A model generated the notes under the pieces. The model made no database searches. It was not told where the DNA came from and was given only the letters and a program-made list of their open reading frames with translations. Both the position numbers and the translations under genes were made by a program. This document shows, one piece after another, positions 19,725 to 28,829 of a stretch of 61,761 bases of DNA (its first letter is position 1; the number at the start of each line of letters is the position of its first letter). The stretch is taken from positions 1 through 61,761 of the forward strand of contig JBMOKV010000477.1 in NCBI GenBank assembly GCA_049325495.1, in the 5' to 3' direction. The stretch comes from Candidatus Rifleibacteriota bacterium (GTDB lineage: Bacteria; Muiribacteriota; Ozemobacteria; Ozemobacterales; Ozemobacteraceae).

Positions 19725-22581
19725 CTGATTTTCCTTTGAATCTCATGATCAACATGCTCAGATCATCATTTTGAACTGGAGACCAGGCATGATGATATCG
19801 AAAAGCTTCTTCAAGAATTTTTTCCGGATTCTGGTGAGCAAGGCTTTTTATCAATTCAAGAAAACGAGGATATCCAAATGCTTCCATGTTTGAACCAACA
19901 TCTTCGATAAATCCATCAGAGTAGAACAGCAGCATATCGTTATTCCCCAGGCTTAACTCGACTTCTGAATAATCTCTGGCATATTTTGAGCCAAGTGGGA
20001 TTCCTGAGATTTCTATGAATTCAACGTCTCCAGAATTTCGAATCAGAATGGGATAACAATGTCCGGCATTTGCCAGACTGGTTTTTCCTGTTTTCAGGCA
20101 GATGGTAAGGTTAATCAGCGTCATCATGCGTCGCCAGTTTTTTTCACGAAGGAACAGGAATATCTTGTTACATTCAAGCAAAAACCTGGAAGGATTGATC
20201 ATTTCTTCAGGAAGAGTAGTATGAGCTTTGATCATCGCCATTATCAGGGCAGCAGGAATGCCGTGTCCGGCCACATCTCCAAACGCAAGATGAAGAAGGT
20301 TATCGTTGATTTTGTGATAATCATAAAAATCTCCTCCCATTGATGTCATGTAACTGGCTTTTGCAGAGATTTCGAACTGTGGGTCAGTCATAGAAGCAGC
20401 TGGAAGTAAAGCTTCCTGGACTGAAGAACCAAGTGAAAGATCTGCCATATTTTCAATGGCTTTATTGAAGGCTGCTGCAAGTTCTGCGAATTCATCAATA
20501 TCGTCGATGGGAAGTCGATGGCGAAAATTCCTTTTTTGAATTTCCTGCAGACCTGTTTCAATTTTAGTCAATGGTTTGAATAGATTGGTTGAAAATCGTA
20601 TAGTTGCAAAAATGGTAAATGAAATAAAAATCAAAGAAACAATTAAAATTCGTTTTGCCAGATTGTCAATTTCCGAAAAAAGAAGTCTGGTTGGCCACAA
20701 TGCAATGATTACTGAACGATTAAGATTATTTCCGCTCATTGCTGAGGCGACGAACTGTTTTCCATTCAGGTCAATCATATCAGAAAAAGCGAACTTTTCT
20801 TTTCTTGCTCTTTCAAATACATCCTGGAGTTCTTCGGGAACTTCATCGCTGGTGACGAAGTTCTGGTTTGAAACATTGTTGAATGCAAGAATCTTACCAG
20901 GGTCAAATGAAGATTTAAAATTATCCAGTTCTCTGCGAAAGAAAAATCGGTGAAAAGAAAACGGATCCCAGGCAATTGAAAGCATTCCCCAGCAGTTATA
21001 ATCTGCCTGGCTTCCAAGAAAATTCAAATAAACAATTCTTTCGCCGGTACTCAAGGTTCTAAATGAAATTTTTCCGGTGTCTTTGAGAACTTCGGCAGTG
21101 AGGTCATGCTGGGCAAAAAATCCATCAGTGTTCATGTGATTATAAATTACTGCGGGATTTTTGCTGTTGTTCATGCTGTCGAGAATGTTTGAGAAAAGCA
21201 GCATCATGCGCTTGTATGTCTGATTATCTACCTGTTCGCCGCCATAAAAGAAGGTGTCAGATTTGGGCTTAAACAGTCCATACTCCGAGGCGGACAATTT
21301 TTCCAGTCTCTGTTCGAGATCATTAATTGCTTCTGGTGGCCATACTTTTAAACCGTGCTTGTCCTGCAGCCTGCTAATGGTCTGATTCAGATTCTCAGCA
21401 AGATTTTTCTGAAAGCTTACGTAGCGATGGTCGAGGTCTTTAATTATGCCAAGATTGGCATTATGCTGCCTGAAAATTAAATTCTGTTTCTGAAAGTTGA
21501 AATACTCATAGCATGAAGAAACCAGGAGTAGAAGGGGAAGTCCGGTGGAAAATGAAACAATGAGAAGAAGTCGCATCTTGATTGAAAGCTGTAAATCAAA
21601 GCGAAACCAGGCGCAATAAAAAATAAAGGCAGAAATTAGCAGAAATTTGAAAATTTTACCGGCAAAAATTAAAATATCTTTTGAAACTTGAGCGGTTTTC
21701 TTTTCAACTGCCGCAAAAAGAGCTATTTCGGGGGTAATTTGCCGGAAAATCCAATAATGTGCCGAGCTTTCCTGAAATGCAGCGGTGTTGCTTCTGAAGG
21801 CCTGAAGTTGCATGTCAAATTCAGAACGATCAGTCAGCCATGGCGCATTTAAAAATTCTTTGCTCGACAGGTAAAAGCCTGCTTTATATCGTTTTGATCG
21901 GGAAAAATCTCGACAAAGCTTTTTCAGGGCAATGTTGCGATGCTTGAAAATCCGGGGTATCAGACAGGCAACTGAAAAATCCTGGCCGAACTGGTACCAG
22001 ACGAAACCTTTATCTTCATCTGCACTGACAAAAAGTGCAGAACCATTTTGCCCCTGTAGAAAAGGCCGGTCCATGACATTTTCCACCAGGAAAACTCCAA
22101 AATATTTGCGAAGCAGATGAATGTTTTCGTTGAGAAAAGTGAGTCGGGAAACTTTGTTGAGCGGGTCATTTTTTAACGTGTCGTTTATCAGCCTGAGGGC
22201 CTGCCACATTTTGCCCAGAAGATATGAGAATTTCTTTTCGTCGCAGAGCTCAGGAATAAGCTTTCCAGTTTCATTCCAGGTGATTATTTTAATCTTGTTC
22301 TGGAATGCGGATTTAGCTCTACGATAAAAAAGGCCTGGATCTTTTTCGCAGCGTTTAAAAAGGTTCTGTAGAAAAACATGAAAAAATTTCCGGTCGTCAT
22401 GCATCGGTTCAATTTTGTTAAGGATCGATGCCAGTTCGCTTTCGATTTTTTTTCCCGCTTCTTTTTCTTTAACCGTCAGGTGAATCTGTATGGCGGAAAA
22501 AACCGCGAACAGGGGAAGAATCGCCAGAAGAGTTATCTGGCTGATTCTTTTCAATAACCAGGTTGCTTTGTTTGCCTGCAA
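19714..22581 (-). CDS. Multi-TM sensor with HAMP and SpoIIE/PP2C phosphatase domain
   Basis: Four hydrophobic segments, HAMP (FKPLTKIETG...DEFAELAAAFN), MGGDFYD, GDVAGHG, YSDG, NDDLS; overlaps the downstream paralog by 11 nt. Confidence 0.9.
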   Translation of the reverse strand: MQANKATWLLKRISQITLLAILPLFAVFSAIQIHLTVKEKEAGKKIESELASILNKIEPMHDDRKFFHVFLQNLFKRCEKDPGLFYRRAKSAFQNKIKIITWNETGKLIPELCDEKKFSYLLGKMWQALRLINDTLKNDPLNKVSRLTFLNENIHLLRKYFGVFLVENVMDRPFLQGQNGSALFVSADEDKGFVWYQFGQDFSVACLIPRIFKHRNIALKKLCRDFSRSKRYKAGFYLSSKEFLNAPWLTDRSEFDMQLQAFRSNTAAFQESSAHYWIFRQITPEIALFAAVEKKTAQVSKDILIFAGKIFKFLLISAFIFYCAWFRFDLQLSIKMRLLLIVSFSTGLPLLLLVSSCYEYFNFQKQNLIFRQHNANLGIIKDLDHRYVSFQKNLAENLNQTISRLQDKHGLKVWPPEAINDLEQRLEKLSASEYGLFKPKSDTFFYGGEQVDNQTYKRMMLLFSNILDSMNNSKNPAVIYNHMNTDGFFAQHDLTAEVLKDTGKISFRTLSTGERIVYLNFLGSQADYNCWGMLSIAWDPFSFHRFFFRRELDNFKSSFDPGKILAFNNVSNQNFVTSDEVPEELQDVFERARKEKFAFSDMIDLNGKQFVASAMSGNNLNRSVIIALWPTRLLFSEIDNLAKRILIVSLIFISFTIFATIRFSTNLFKPLTKIETGLQEIQKRNFRHRLPIDDIDEFAELAAAFNKAIENMADLSLGSSVQEALLPAASMTDPQFEISAKASYMTSMGGDFYDYHKINDNLLHLAFGDVAGHGIPAALIMAMIKAHTTLPEEMINPSRFLLECNKIFLFLREKNWRRMMTLINLTICLKTGKTSLANAGHCYPILIRNSGDVEFIEISGIPLGSKYARDYSEVELSLGNNDMLLFYSDGFIEDVGSNMEAFGYPRFLELIKSLAHQNPEKILEEAFRYHHAWSPVQNDDLSMLIMRFKGKSDEN

Positions 22582-22651
22582 GTTCCTGCCTGTTTCTAAA
22601 TCAGAAAATTTAAAAGCGAATGATCATCTGAATTTTTCCCTATTATTTCTC

Positions 22652-22764
22652 TCGCTTCCATGTTTCGACGGATTCAGCGACCGAAAAAAGGCGATCATCG
22701 AGCCTGTCGGACGCGAAGGACTCGTAAAATGCCCGCCCCTGGGAAAAACTCAATGAGCTTTCGT
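22652..22764. repeat. Degenerate internally deleted copy of the 15420-15635 element
   Basis: Shares TCAGCGACCG...GAGCCTGTCGGACGCGAAGGACTCG-TAAAATGCCCGCC...AATGAGCTTT with copy 1. Confidence 0.75.
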
Positions 22765-22845
22765 TTGGCAGTTTAGCAGGTTCTCAGAAATTTGTAATCT
22801 TGAAACATGAGCGTTTAATTTGTAGAGAGAACAGGGTTTTCGGGT

Positions 22846-23337
22846 TTAAAGGCTTCCAATGCCGACTACCTTGGGAGTTTTTATCGTCGGGTGGGCTTCT
22901 GGTACCAGAATTGAAATCGGGGCTGGCATGCCGCTTACACCCTGTTTTTTGCCGATCCAGATTTTGTATACCACGCCCTTGATCGCACTTTCGCCGTAAC
23001 CATCACCGTTTGAATAGCCTTTGTTAACCCTGGTGATTTCGAGGGGCTGGGCATAGAATTTGAAATTGTTGAAATCTTTCTTGAGGGAAAATTCAGGAAC
23101 GTCGCCTCGCAGCTTTTTTGCCGATTCATCGACCAGTGACCCGCCTGCTATTGCAATGAAAGCTTCGGCGCATTTTTCCAGACTTTCAGAAGAGAGAATC
23201 GTTGCATATTCCTGCAAAACCGCAATAACTTCCGTCGGCGTCTGCTTCACCGGAATATCGTTCTTTTTGCTTTGAGCCAGCAGACTTCCGCTGAGCAAAA
23301 AAATTGCGATCACTGAAAAGGCTATGATTTTTTTCAT
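22846..23337 (-). CDS. Hypothetical exported protein
   Basis: Signal peptide MKKIIAFSVIAIFLLSGSLLA; AGGAG RBS; no motif recognised. Confidence 0.75.
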   Translation of the reverse strand: MKKIIAFSVIAIFLLSGSLLAQSKKNDIPVKQTPTEVIAVLQEYATILSSESLEKCAEAFIAIAGGSLVDESAKKLRGDVPEFSLKKDFNNFKFYAQPLEITRVNKGYSNGDGYGESAIKGVVYKIWIGKKQGVSGMPAPISILVPEAHPTIKTPKVVGIGSL

Positions 23338-23486
23338 ACAATCTCCTGTAAAATTTCTTCTCGGTAATTTATTGTATTATTTAGCGTAATTCAGTGCAAA
23401 TTCAAAGTTGAGGAATTTGCCTGGCAACCATAAAAAATTGAGTCGTTATGGTGTAGAATGCAAAAAAAATGCAGAGTTGAGGTTTT

Positions 23487-25136
23487 ATGAGAATTCTTAA
23501 AGAGCGCTGGCTGAAACTGGTTATTCTGTTCATTCTTGCGATTCCTGCGGGGGCATCGGCTTTAGAGCTTTTTCTGATGCTTTCGTATCAGGACAAGGGG
23601 CGGGTTTACCGGGTAAAAACCTCAAACGAGGGTCTGTTGCCAACCGGTTATCTTTTCGAGTCTGAGCCGGCTGATGGTTTTTTTGTTGATAACTACTTTG
23701 ACTTTCGATTGTTGATCACCAGAGATTCCAACCTGTATGAACCCGAAAACCGAACTTTGTTCAGACAGGTTTTTGATGGAACGGTTGCCGATGCTGAAAA
23801 CGGTTTGCAGAGCATGACACATCAGGATATGCGCGACCAGTTGATTGCTGACAGTCTTGCCAGGCCGGTGTTTCGTCCCGTCGGCGCGCCATTAAGCTGC
23901 GGTACGGGCCGAAAAATCAGCGTGCGGCCTGATAAAAGCAACTTTTTGCCTGGTGAATGTGAAATTCTGCCCGATCATGACTGGTATCAGATTCCCAATG
24001 GCAGCTGGTATCAGACCTGGCACAAAATTTCTGAAGGTGAACGCAGTTCATATCTTATTCATTTCGATGAATGGCAGAAGGGCTCGGTTGAGGTCATTGA
24101 AACACTCTGGCGAGGAGTGCATCCGGCTTATGTTACCCAGCGCCCATTGCACCAGCTCGAAAGCTCGCGATTGTTACGTGCCCTGACCGATGGCTCGCTT
24201 GAACTGGTGAATGGTTACGAAAAGAGTTTCGTGGCGGCCGAAAAAAGGGCTTCTTACGCCTGGGCATTCAATCCTGGTTTCAATGTAAGTAAAGGTGAGC
24301 TTTTGCTCTATTCATGGCTCGCAGACAAGCCCGGCAAATTAAGGGTAATCGGTCGCCCCGGCGAATTTCAGACTGGGTTCGAATCTAAAGAGCCGGGGCA
24401 ACGGTTTGTCGGCATCGCGGGCATGAAAGCCGTGGTGATCGGAACCGACATCATGCGCGGCTGGCTGGCAGAAGCGTCGATGCAGGAGGCCGCGCGGGTT
24501 GCGGAGTGCTCGCTGGCAGCTTTCCACTATTCATGGGAAACGAATCTTCTGCAGATCATGGTTTATTCAAATTCTGACCAGAAGCTCTATCGTTTTTTCT
24601 ACGATACCCAGCAGAATCGACTTATGGGTTCGCCAGAGCAGTTCGTCATCGATATGAAACCCGATGCCATACTTTTTGACCTGAGCGGCAGTTTTTACAT
24701 TACCGCCATGCAGCAGGCGGAATGTCTGATTCAAAAGGATGTTGAACCGGGTTATGAAGTTGAAACCATGCAGTTGTATGGTCTTGATGGAGTGGCAGAA
24801 TTTGATGAAGAGAAGGGAAAATACGTGAATTCAACAATTCCCGAGCAGGTCAGGGGTCATATCGTTTTTTCCCGGAGTTATTCGCAGAATGTTTTCTGGT
24901 TTGGAAATAACCGCCCAGAGCTGATTTACAGTGCCGATCTCGGCAAAGAATTCTTATTCAGGGAATTCGAACTGAATCGGCCGCCACTCGACCTGCTGAA
25001 CTATGATTATTACCAGGTTATGACGCTGGCCGGAAAACCAGGCAACCGCCTCAGTGAATTGAAGCCGGATGTGCCGGGCTATCCTGACCAGTATGTCAAG
25101 CCACAGAAAGCTTTTCTGGGGTTTTACCAGCGCTGA
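23487..25136 (+). CDS. Hypothetical exported protein
   Basis: 549-aa ORF with signal peptide and GAGG RBS; no family recognised. Confidence 0.7.
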   Translation: MRILKERWLKLVILFILAIPAGASALELFLMLSYQDKGRVYRVKTSNEGLLPTGYLFESEPADGFFVDNYFDFRLLITRDSNLYEPENRTLFRQVFDGTVADAENGLQSMTHQDMRDQLIADSLARPVFRPVGAPLSCGTGRKISVRPDKSNFLPGECEILPDHDWYQIPNGSWYQTWHKISEGERSSYLIHFDEWQKGSVEVIETLWRGVHPAYVTQRPLHQLESSRLLRALTDGSLELVNGYEKSFVAAEKRASYAWAFNPGFNVSKGELLLYSWLADKPGKLRVIGRPGEFQTGFESKEPGQRFVGIAGMKAVVIGTDIMRGWLAEASMQEAARVAECSLAAFHYSWETNLLQIMVYSNSDQKLYRFFYDTQQNRLMGSPEQFVIDMKPDAILFDLSGSFYITAMQQAECLIQKDVEPGYEVETMQLYGLDGVAEFDEEKGKYVNSTIPEQVRGHIVFSRSYSQNVFWFGNNRPELIYSADLGKEFLFREFELNRPPLDLLNYDYYQVMTLAGKPGNRLSELKPDVPGYPDQYVKPQKAFLGFYQR

Positions 25137-25628
25137 TCAGCTCAGCTCTTTGAGCATCTTTTCCAGTTCAGGGTCTTCGAAGGGCTCATCCTGGGTTTCG
25201 CGAATCATGAAAACCAGTTTCTTGAGTTCGAGGTCGGAAAGATGGTGCTTGTCTTTGTGCGGAATCTTTTCCGCTTCTTCCTGCAAAAGCTTTTTAATGA
25301 ATTTTTCGCGGGTTTTGCTGTCGGAAATCACCTGATAAATTTTTTCAGCCAGGATTGTCGGATCGACCATTTTATAGGTACCATCCTGAACCTGGCGGGT
25401 GATTTCCTGCAGGCGCTGCATGCGTACCAGTTCCTGCTGCTGCATAATTTTTAAATTATTCTGCGCCGGATTCAGTACAGGCTGATTGCCGGCGGCCTTG
25501 TCGGTGGCGCCGGATTTATCTTTCAAAGCTTTGTCAAAAGAGCCGTCTTTATTTTCCGTGCTTTCTTTCGACTTGGGCTTTGTTGTTATAATTATTCTTT
25601 TCCCAGGTCCATTGATGGAATCAACCAT
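25137..25628 (-). CDS. flgM: FlgM-like anti-sigma-28 factor with C-terminal extension
   Basis: RMQRLQEITRQVQDGTYKMVDPTILAEKI matches the FlgM C-terminal motif after a low-complexity N-terminus; a sigma28-type promoter lies upstream. Confidence 0.65.
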   Translation of the reverse strand: MVDSINGPGKRIIITTKPKSKESTENKDGSFDKALKDKSGATDKAAGNQPVLNPAQNNLKIMQQQELVRMQRLQEITRQVQDGTYKMVDPTILAEKIYQVISDSKTREKFIKKLLQEEAEKIPHKDKHHLSDLELKKLVFMIRETQDEPFEDPELEKMLKELS

Positions 25629-25689
25629 TATCTATCTCCCTCGTAACTTCCATGTTAAAAAGGCAATTTTTTCCCTTATCCCAATTTAA

Positions 25690-25717
25690 TTATCGTCATA
25701 AAAGGGCAAAAAGTTTA
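25690..25717 (-). promoter_or_regulatory. sigma28 (FliA/SigD)-type promoter of the flgM-like gene
   Basis: Minus strand TAAA-N16-GACGATAA versus consensus TAAA-N15/16-GCCGATAA. Confidence 0.6.
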
Positions 25718-25976
25718 CCCCCCAAAATGCAACGAAATTATAGATAAAAAAAATGTGCTACTTATTAACAGGCCTATTAGCAGTAGGGTCAGCTTTACCG
25801 GATTCACCGGAAGAGCTGTTGGGTTGATGGATTTGAAACCTGTTACTTAAGTATTTTGGTTGTTGGGTAGAATAATCGGCAAATTTTTATTGTCTTTTTT
25901 TTTTTCAAGATGTAATTTTATTGTAGAGTCGCACTATTATATTAAAAACTAGAAAATTGATAATGTTGGAGTTTAT

Positions 25977-26582
25977 ATGAAAAAGGTTGGAAGTTTGTGG
26001 TTTGTTTTGGGTTGTTTTCTTTTTGTTGCTTCTTTTAATCTGATGGCACAAGACCCTGATCCTGTCGTAGCTGCTCCAGTTGATCAGATTTCTCGGGAAG
26101 AACTGGCAAAAATTACAGAAGAAGCTTGTGCCGCCACATCTGGTGAAAAGCCGACCGCTGAAATGATAATCAAGAAGGTCGAAGAAGCATGCGAAATTCT
26201 TACCAAAGAAGGAAAAAAGGCTTTTTCGCAATTCATGGGGAAAGATAGTAAGTTTTTATTTGCCGGAACTTACATTTGGATTCACAACCTTGAAGGCATT
26301 ATGTTGATGCATCCCATTAAGTTTAAGCTGGAAGGCACCCCCTTGTTGATTTTCAAGGATAAAAATGGAAAACGTTTTTTTGTGGAAATGAATAAAGTAG
26401 CAGAAGAAAAAGGCTCTGGTTGGGTTGATTATCTCTGGCCTATTCCCGGTTCAAAAGAAATCGGCAGAAAAGTTTCATTTGTAAAATACTGTGAGACTCC
26501 AGAGAAAGACAAGCTTGTAGTGGGTTGTGGCATTTATGGAATGGCAGATGCAGAAATTGAGAAGTTGGTATCAGGAAATTAG
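25977..26582 (+). CDS. Stand-alone secreted Cache_2-type sensor domain protein
   Basis: Signal peptide; YIWIHNLEGIMLMHP, KDKNGKRFF, GSGWVDYLWP, KVSFVK, VVGCGIY are typical Cache_2 motifs; no TM anchor or output domain. Confidence 0.8.
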   Translation: MKKVGSLWFVLGCFLFVASFNLMAQDPDPVVAAPVDQISREELAKITEEACAATSGEKPTAEMIIKKVEEACEILTKEGKKAFSQFMGKDSKFLFAGTYIWIHNLEGIMLMHPIKFKLEGTPLLIFKDKNGKRFFVEMNKVAEEKGSGWVDYLWPIPGSKEIGRKVSFVKYCETPEKDKLVVGCGIYGMADAEIEKLVSGN

Positions 26583-26695
26583 AATTTTTAAATTTCTATT
26601 TGATTAATTAAACTGCTTTAACCAAACTACCTGCCAGATTACTCAAAATTGAAGAGTTTTCATGGTTTTCCCGTTCAATTAATTGCGAGGAAAAT

Positions 26696-28669
26696 ATGAC
26701 AATAAAACAGCGACTTGGCATGTTTGTCTGTCTCGCCATAATCTTTATCGTTTTCTCAGCGTGGTTGGCCTGGTATTTCTTTGACCATCGCGTAGGCCAG
26801 GTAAATTCATACAAAGAAGAAATTGCGCGGATTTCAAATCAGATAATTGAAGGAAGGGTTCTTGAAAAAAGATATCTTCAATTCCTGACAAAAGAACTTA
26901 AAGAAGAATTTGCATTAACAGGGCTAAAGGTTCAAAAAGATCTCGCTACCCTGAAAAATTTCAGTGATCAGGATGACGCTGGAATTGATAAGGTTGGCTC
27001 TTTGTTTATCAGCTACGTTGATCTTTTCAATGATCTATGTAAGACGATCGAAGAAAACGCTGCGGTATATTCCAGTTCAATTGAACCAATTTTTGAAGTT
27101 AGAAAAGATTTGGCGAAGATCCAGACAGCGATATCAGAAAAGCAGCTTGAGCTTCAAATGGAAGGAGAGCAGCTTGACAGTAATTATCTTGGCCTGGTTA
27201 CCCTTTCAAACGAGGCTTCGGCAATCCTTTTCAGGCTGCAGACTCTACAGCAGGAATTTCTTGTGTCTGGAAAAGGCGAGTTTCTTGATGAATACAAAGG
27301 CATTCTTGAAAAACAACTTGCTGAAATCAGCGCGGGACTTGTACAGATAGCTAAGATTGTCAAAGATGAAGAAATTACCAAAAATGCGGAAAAATTGGGA
27401 AGTTTTCTTAAATTGCTGAAAGCCGTTCCCGAAAAGCTCGATGCAAGTTTCAATAAACACCAGATGCTTCTAAGGCAGCTTGACGAGTCTGGAAACAAGG
27501 TTATACAAGGCACTGATAATTTGAGAGTCACAGCAAATGATTTAATAATCAGAGAAAAAGCCAAAGCCTTTGTATACCTTGGAGCTTTGATCGGGAGCTC
27601 TCTTATTATTTTTATCCTTTTTTCAATTGCTGTTGCAGTGAAAATTACAAGGCCAATAAGTGAAGTAACAGCTCTCGTAAAAGAGATTGCAAAAGGAAAT
27701 TTAAATGTTGAAATCAGTCATGAATCGAATGATGAAATCGGCGTAATGACGGCGGCATTCAAGGAAATGGTTAAAGAGCAAAGGAAAAAAATTGCAGTTG
27801 CTCAATCAATTTCCGAAGGTGATTTTACCAGTAAAATTGACCTTTCATCACAGGATGATTCTCTTGGGCAGGCTTTTAATCATATGTCTGGCAGTCTTGC
27901 AGATGTACTTTCCAATATCAATGTCTGCGCCAGCAACGTTTCAATAATTGCCAAAAGAGTTTATGAAGGCAGTGAACAACTCTCTGCCGGGTCTGTAAGA
28001 TCAGCTTCTTCCCTGGAAGAACTTTCCAGTTCCTTGAATGAAATTGGCGCACAGGTTAAATCGAATGCAGAAAATGCCCAAATTGCCAGTAAAGCGGCCT
28101 CTGTAGCTATGAACTCTGCGAATATTGGTAATGAGCGGATGAATAAAATGAATCTGGCGATGGGTGAGATTAGAGCTTCAAGTGACAAGATTCGTTCAAT
28201 ACTGAAGGTTATAGAAGATATCGCCTTTCAAACGAACCTTCTTGCTCTTAATGCTGCCGTGGAAGCTGCCAGAGCGGGGCGCCACGGAAAAGGATTTGCT
28301 GTGGTAGCCGAAGAGGTTCGAAATCTTGCAGCCAGAAGCGCAAAAGCGGCGAAAGAAACCTCTGAATTGATTGAAAACTCATCCAATATGGTAGATCAAG
28401 GGGCCGGAATAGCCAGAAATACTGTTGAAGCTCTTGCTGAGATAGTCGAATCAATTACCGCCACCTCAGGACTTGTTGAAAAGATTTCCAAAGCGTCCTC
28501 GGAGCAATCATTGGGCGTTTCTGAGATCAATGCTGGTCTTGATCAAATCGACAAAGTTACTCAACAAAATGCGGTTGAGGCGGAGAAGAGCCTTTCTGAT
28601 GCCCAAAACCTCGCCCAACAGGCCGAAAAACTGCAGGATCTCCTTTCTCAATTTGTCCTTCCAGACTGA
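26696..28669 (+). CDS. Methyl-accepting chemotaxis protein
   Basis: TM, about 270-aa helical periplasmic domain, TM, two HAMP-like segments, [37 protein letters not shown] hairpin tip. Confidence 0.97.
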   Translation: MTIKQRLGMFVCLAIIFIVFSAWLAWYFFDHRVGQVNSYKEEIARISNQIIEGRVLEKRYLQFLTKELKEEFALTGLKVQKDLATLKNFSDQDDAGIDKVGSLFISYVDLFNDLCKTIEENAAVYSSSIEPIFEVRKDLAKIQTAISEKQLELQMEGEQLDSNYLGLVTLSNEASAILFRLQTLQQEFLVSGKGEFLDEYKGILEKQLAEISAGLVQIAKIVKDEEITKNAEKLGSFLKLLKAVPEKLDASFNKHQMLLRQLDESGNKVIQGTDNLRVTANDLIIREKAKAFVYLGALIGSSLIIFILFSIAVAVKITRPISEVTALVKEIAKGNLNVEISHESNDEIGVMTAAFKEMVKEQRKKIAVAQSISEGDFTSKIDLSSQDDSLGQAFNHMSGSLADVLSNINVCASNVSIIAKRVYEGSEQLSAGSVRSASSLEELSSSLNEIGAQVKSNAENAQIASKAASVAMNSANIGNERMNKMNLAMGEIRASSDKIRSILKVIEDIAFQTNLLALNAAVEAARAGRHGKGFAVVAEEVRNLAARSAKAAKETSELIENSSNMVDQGAGIARNTVEALAEIVESITATSGLVEKISKASSEQSLGVSEINAGLDQIDKVTQQNAVEAEKSLSDAQNLAQQAEKLQDLLSQFVLPD

Positions 28670-28764
28670 TTTTTTCGAACTTTTGTGCCGTTTTTGTTGA
28701 TGTAAGGATTTCTGCTGGTGGAATTTTGACAACAAACGAGCATTGATGTGAATCGGATAAGCGT

Positions 28765-28792
28765 TAAACTTTTGCCGGTGAAAAGTCGATAA
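28765..28792 (+). promoter_or_regulatory. sigma28-type promoter upstream of the TPR gene
   Basis: TAAA (28765-28768)-N16-GTCGATAA (28785-28792); shares TAAACTTTT with the flgM promoter. Confidence 0.55.
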
Positions 28793-28829
28793 TCCGTTAA
28801 GAATCAGTTTCTTTAACGGAGGCAGAGTT

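Noticed and set aside
16809-22581. Reciprocal catalytic degeneracy in the PP2C pair, as seen in the cyclases
   Set aside because: Both proteins keep GGD, GDVxGHG, DG and DD metal-binding motifs.
25790-25825. Hairpin CAGCTTTACCGG-ATTCA-CCGGAAGAGCTG as a riboswitch (e.g. c-di-GMP) upstream of chemotaxis genes
   Set aside because: No recognisable aptamer motifs; a single imperfect stem is not enough.
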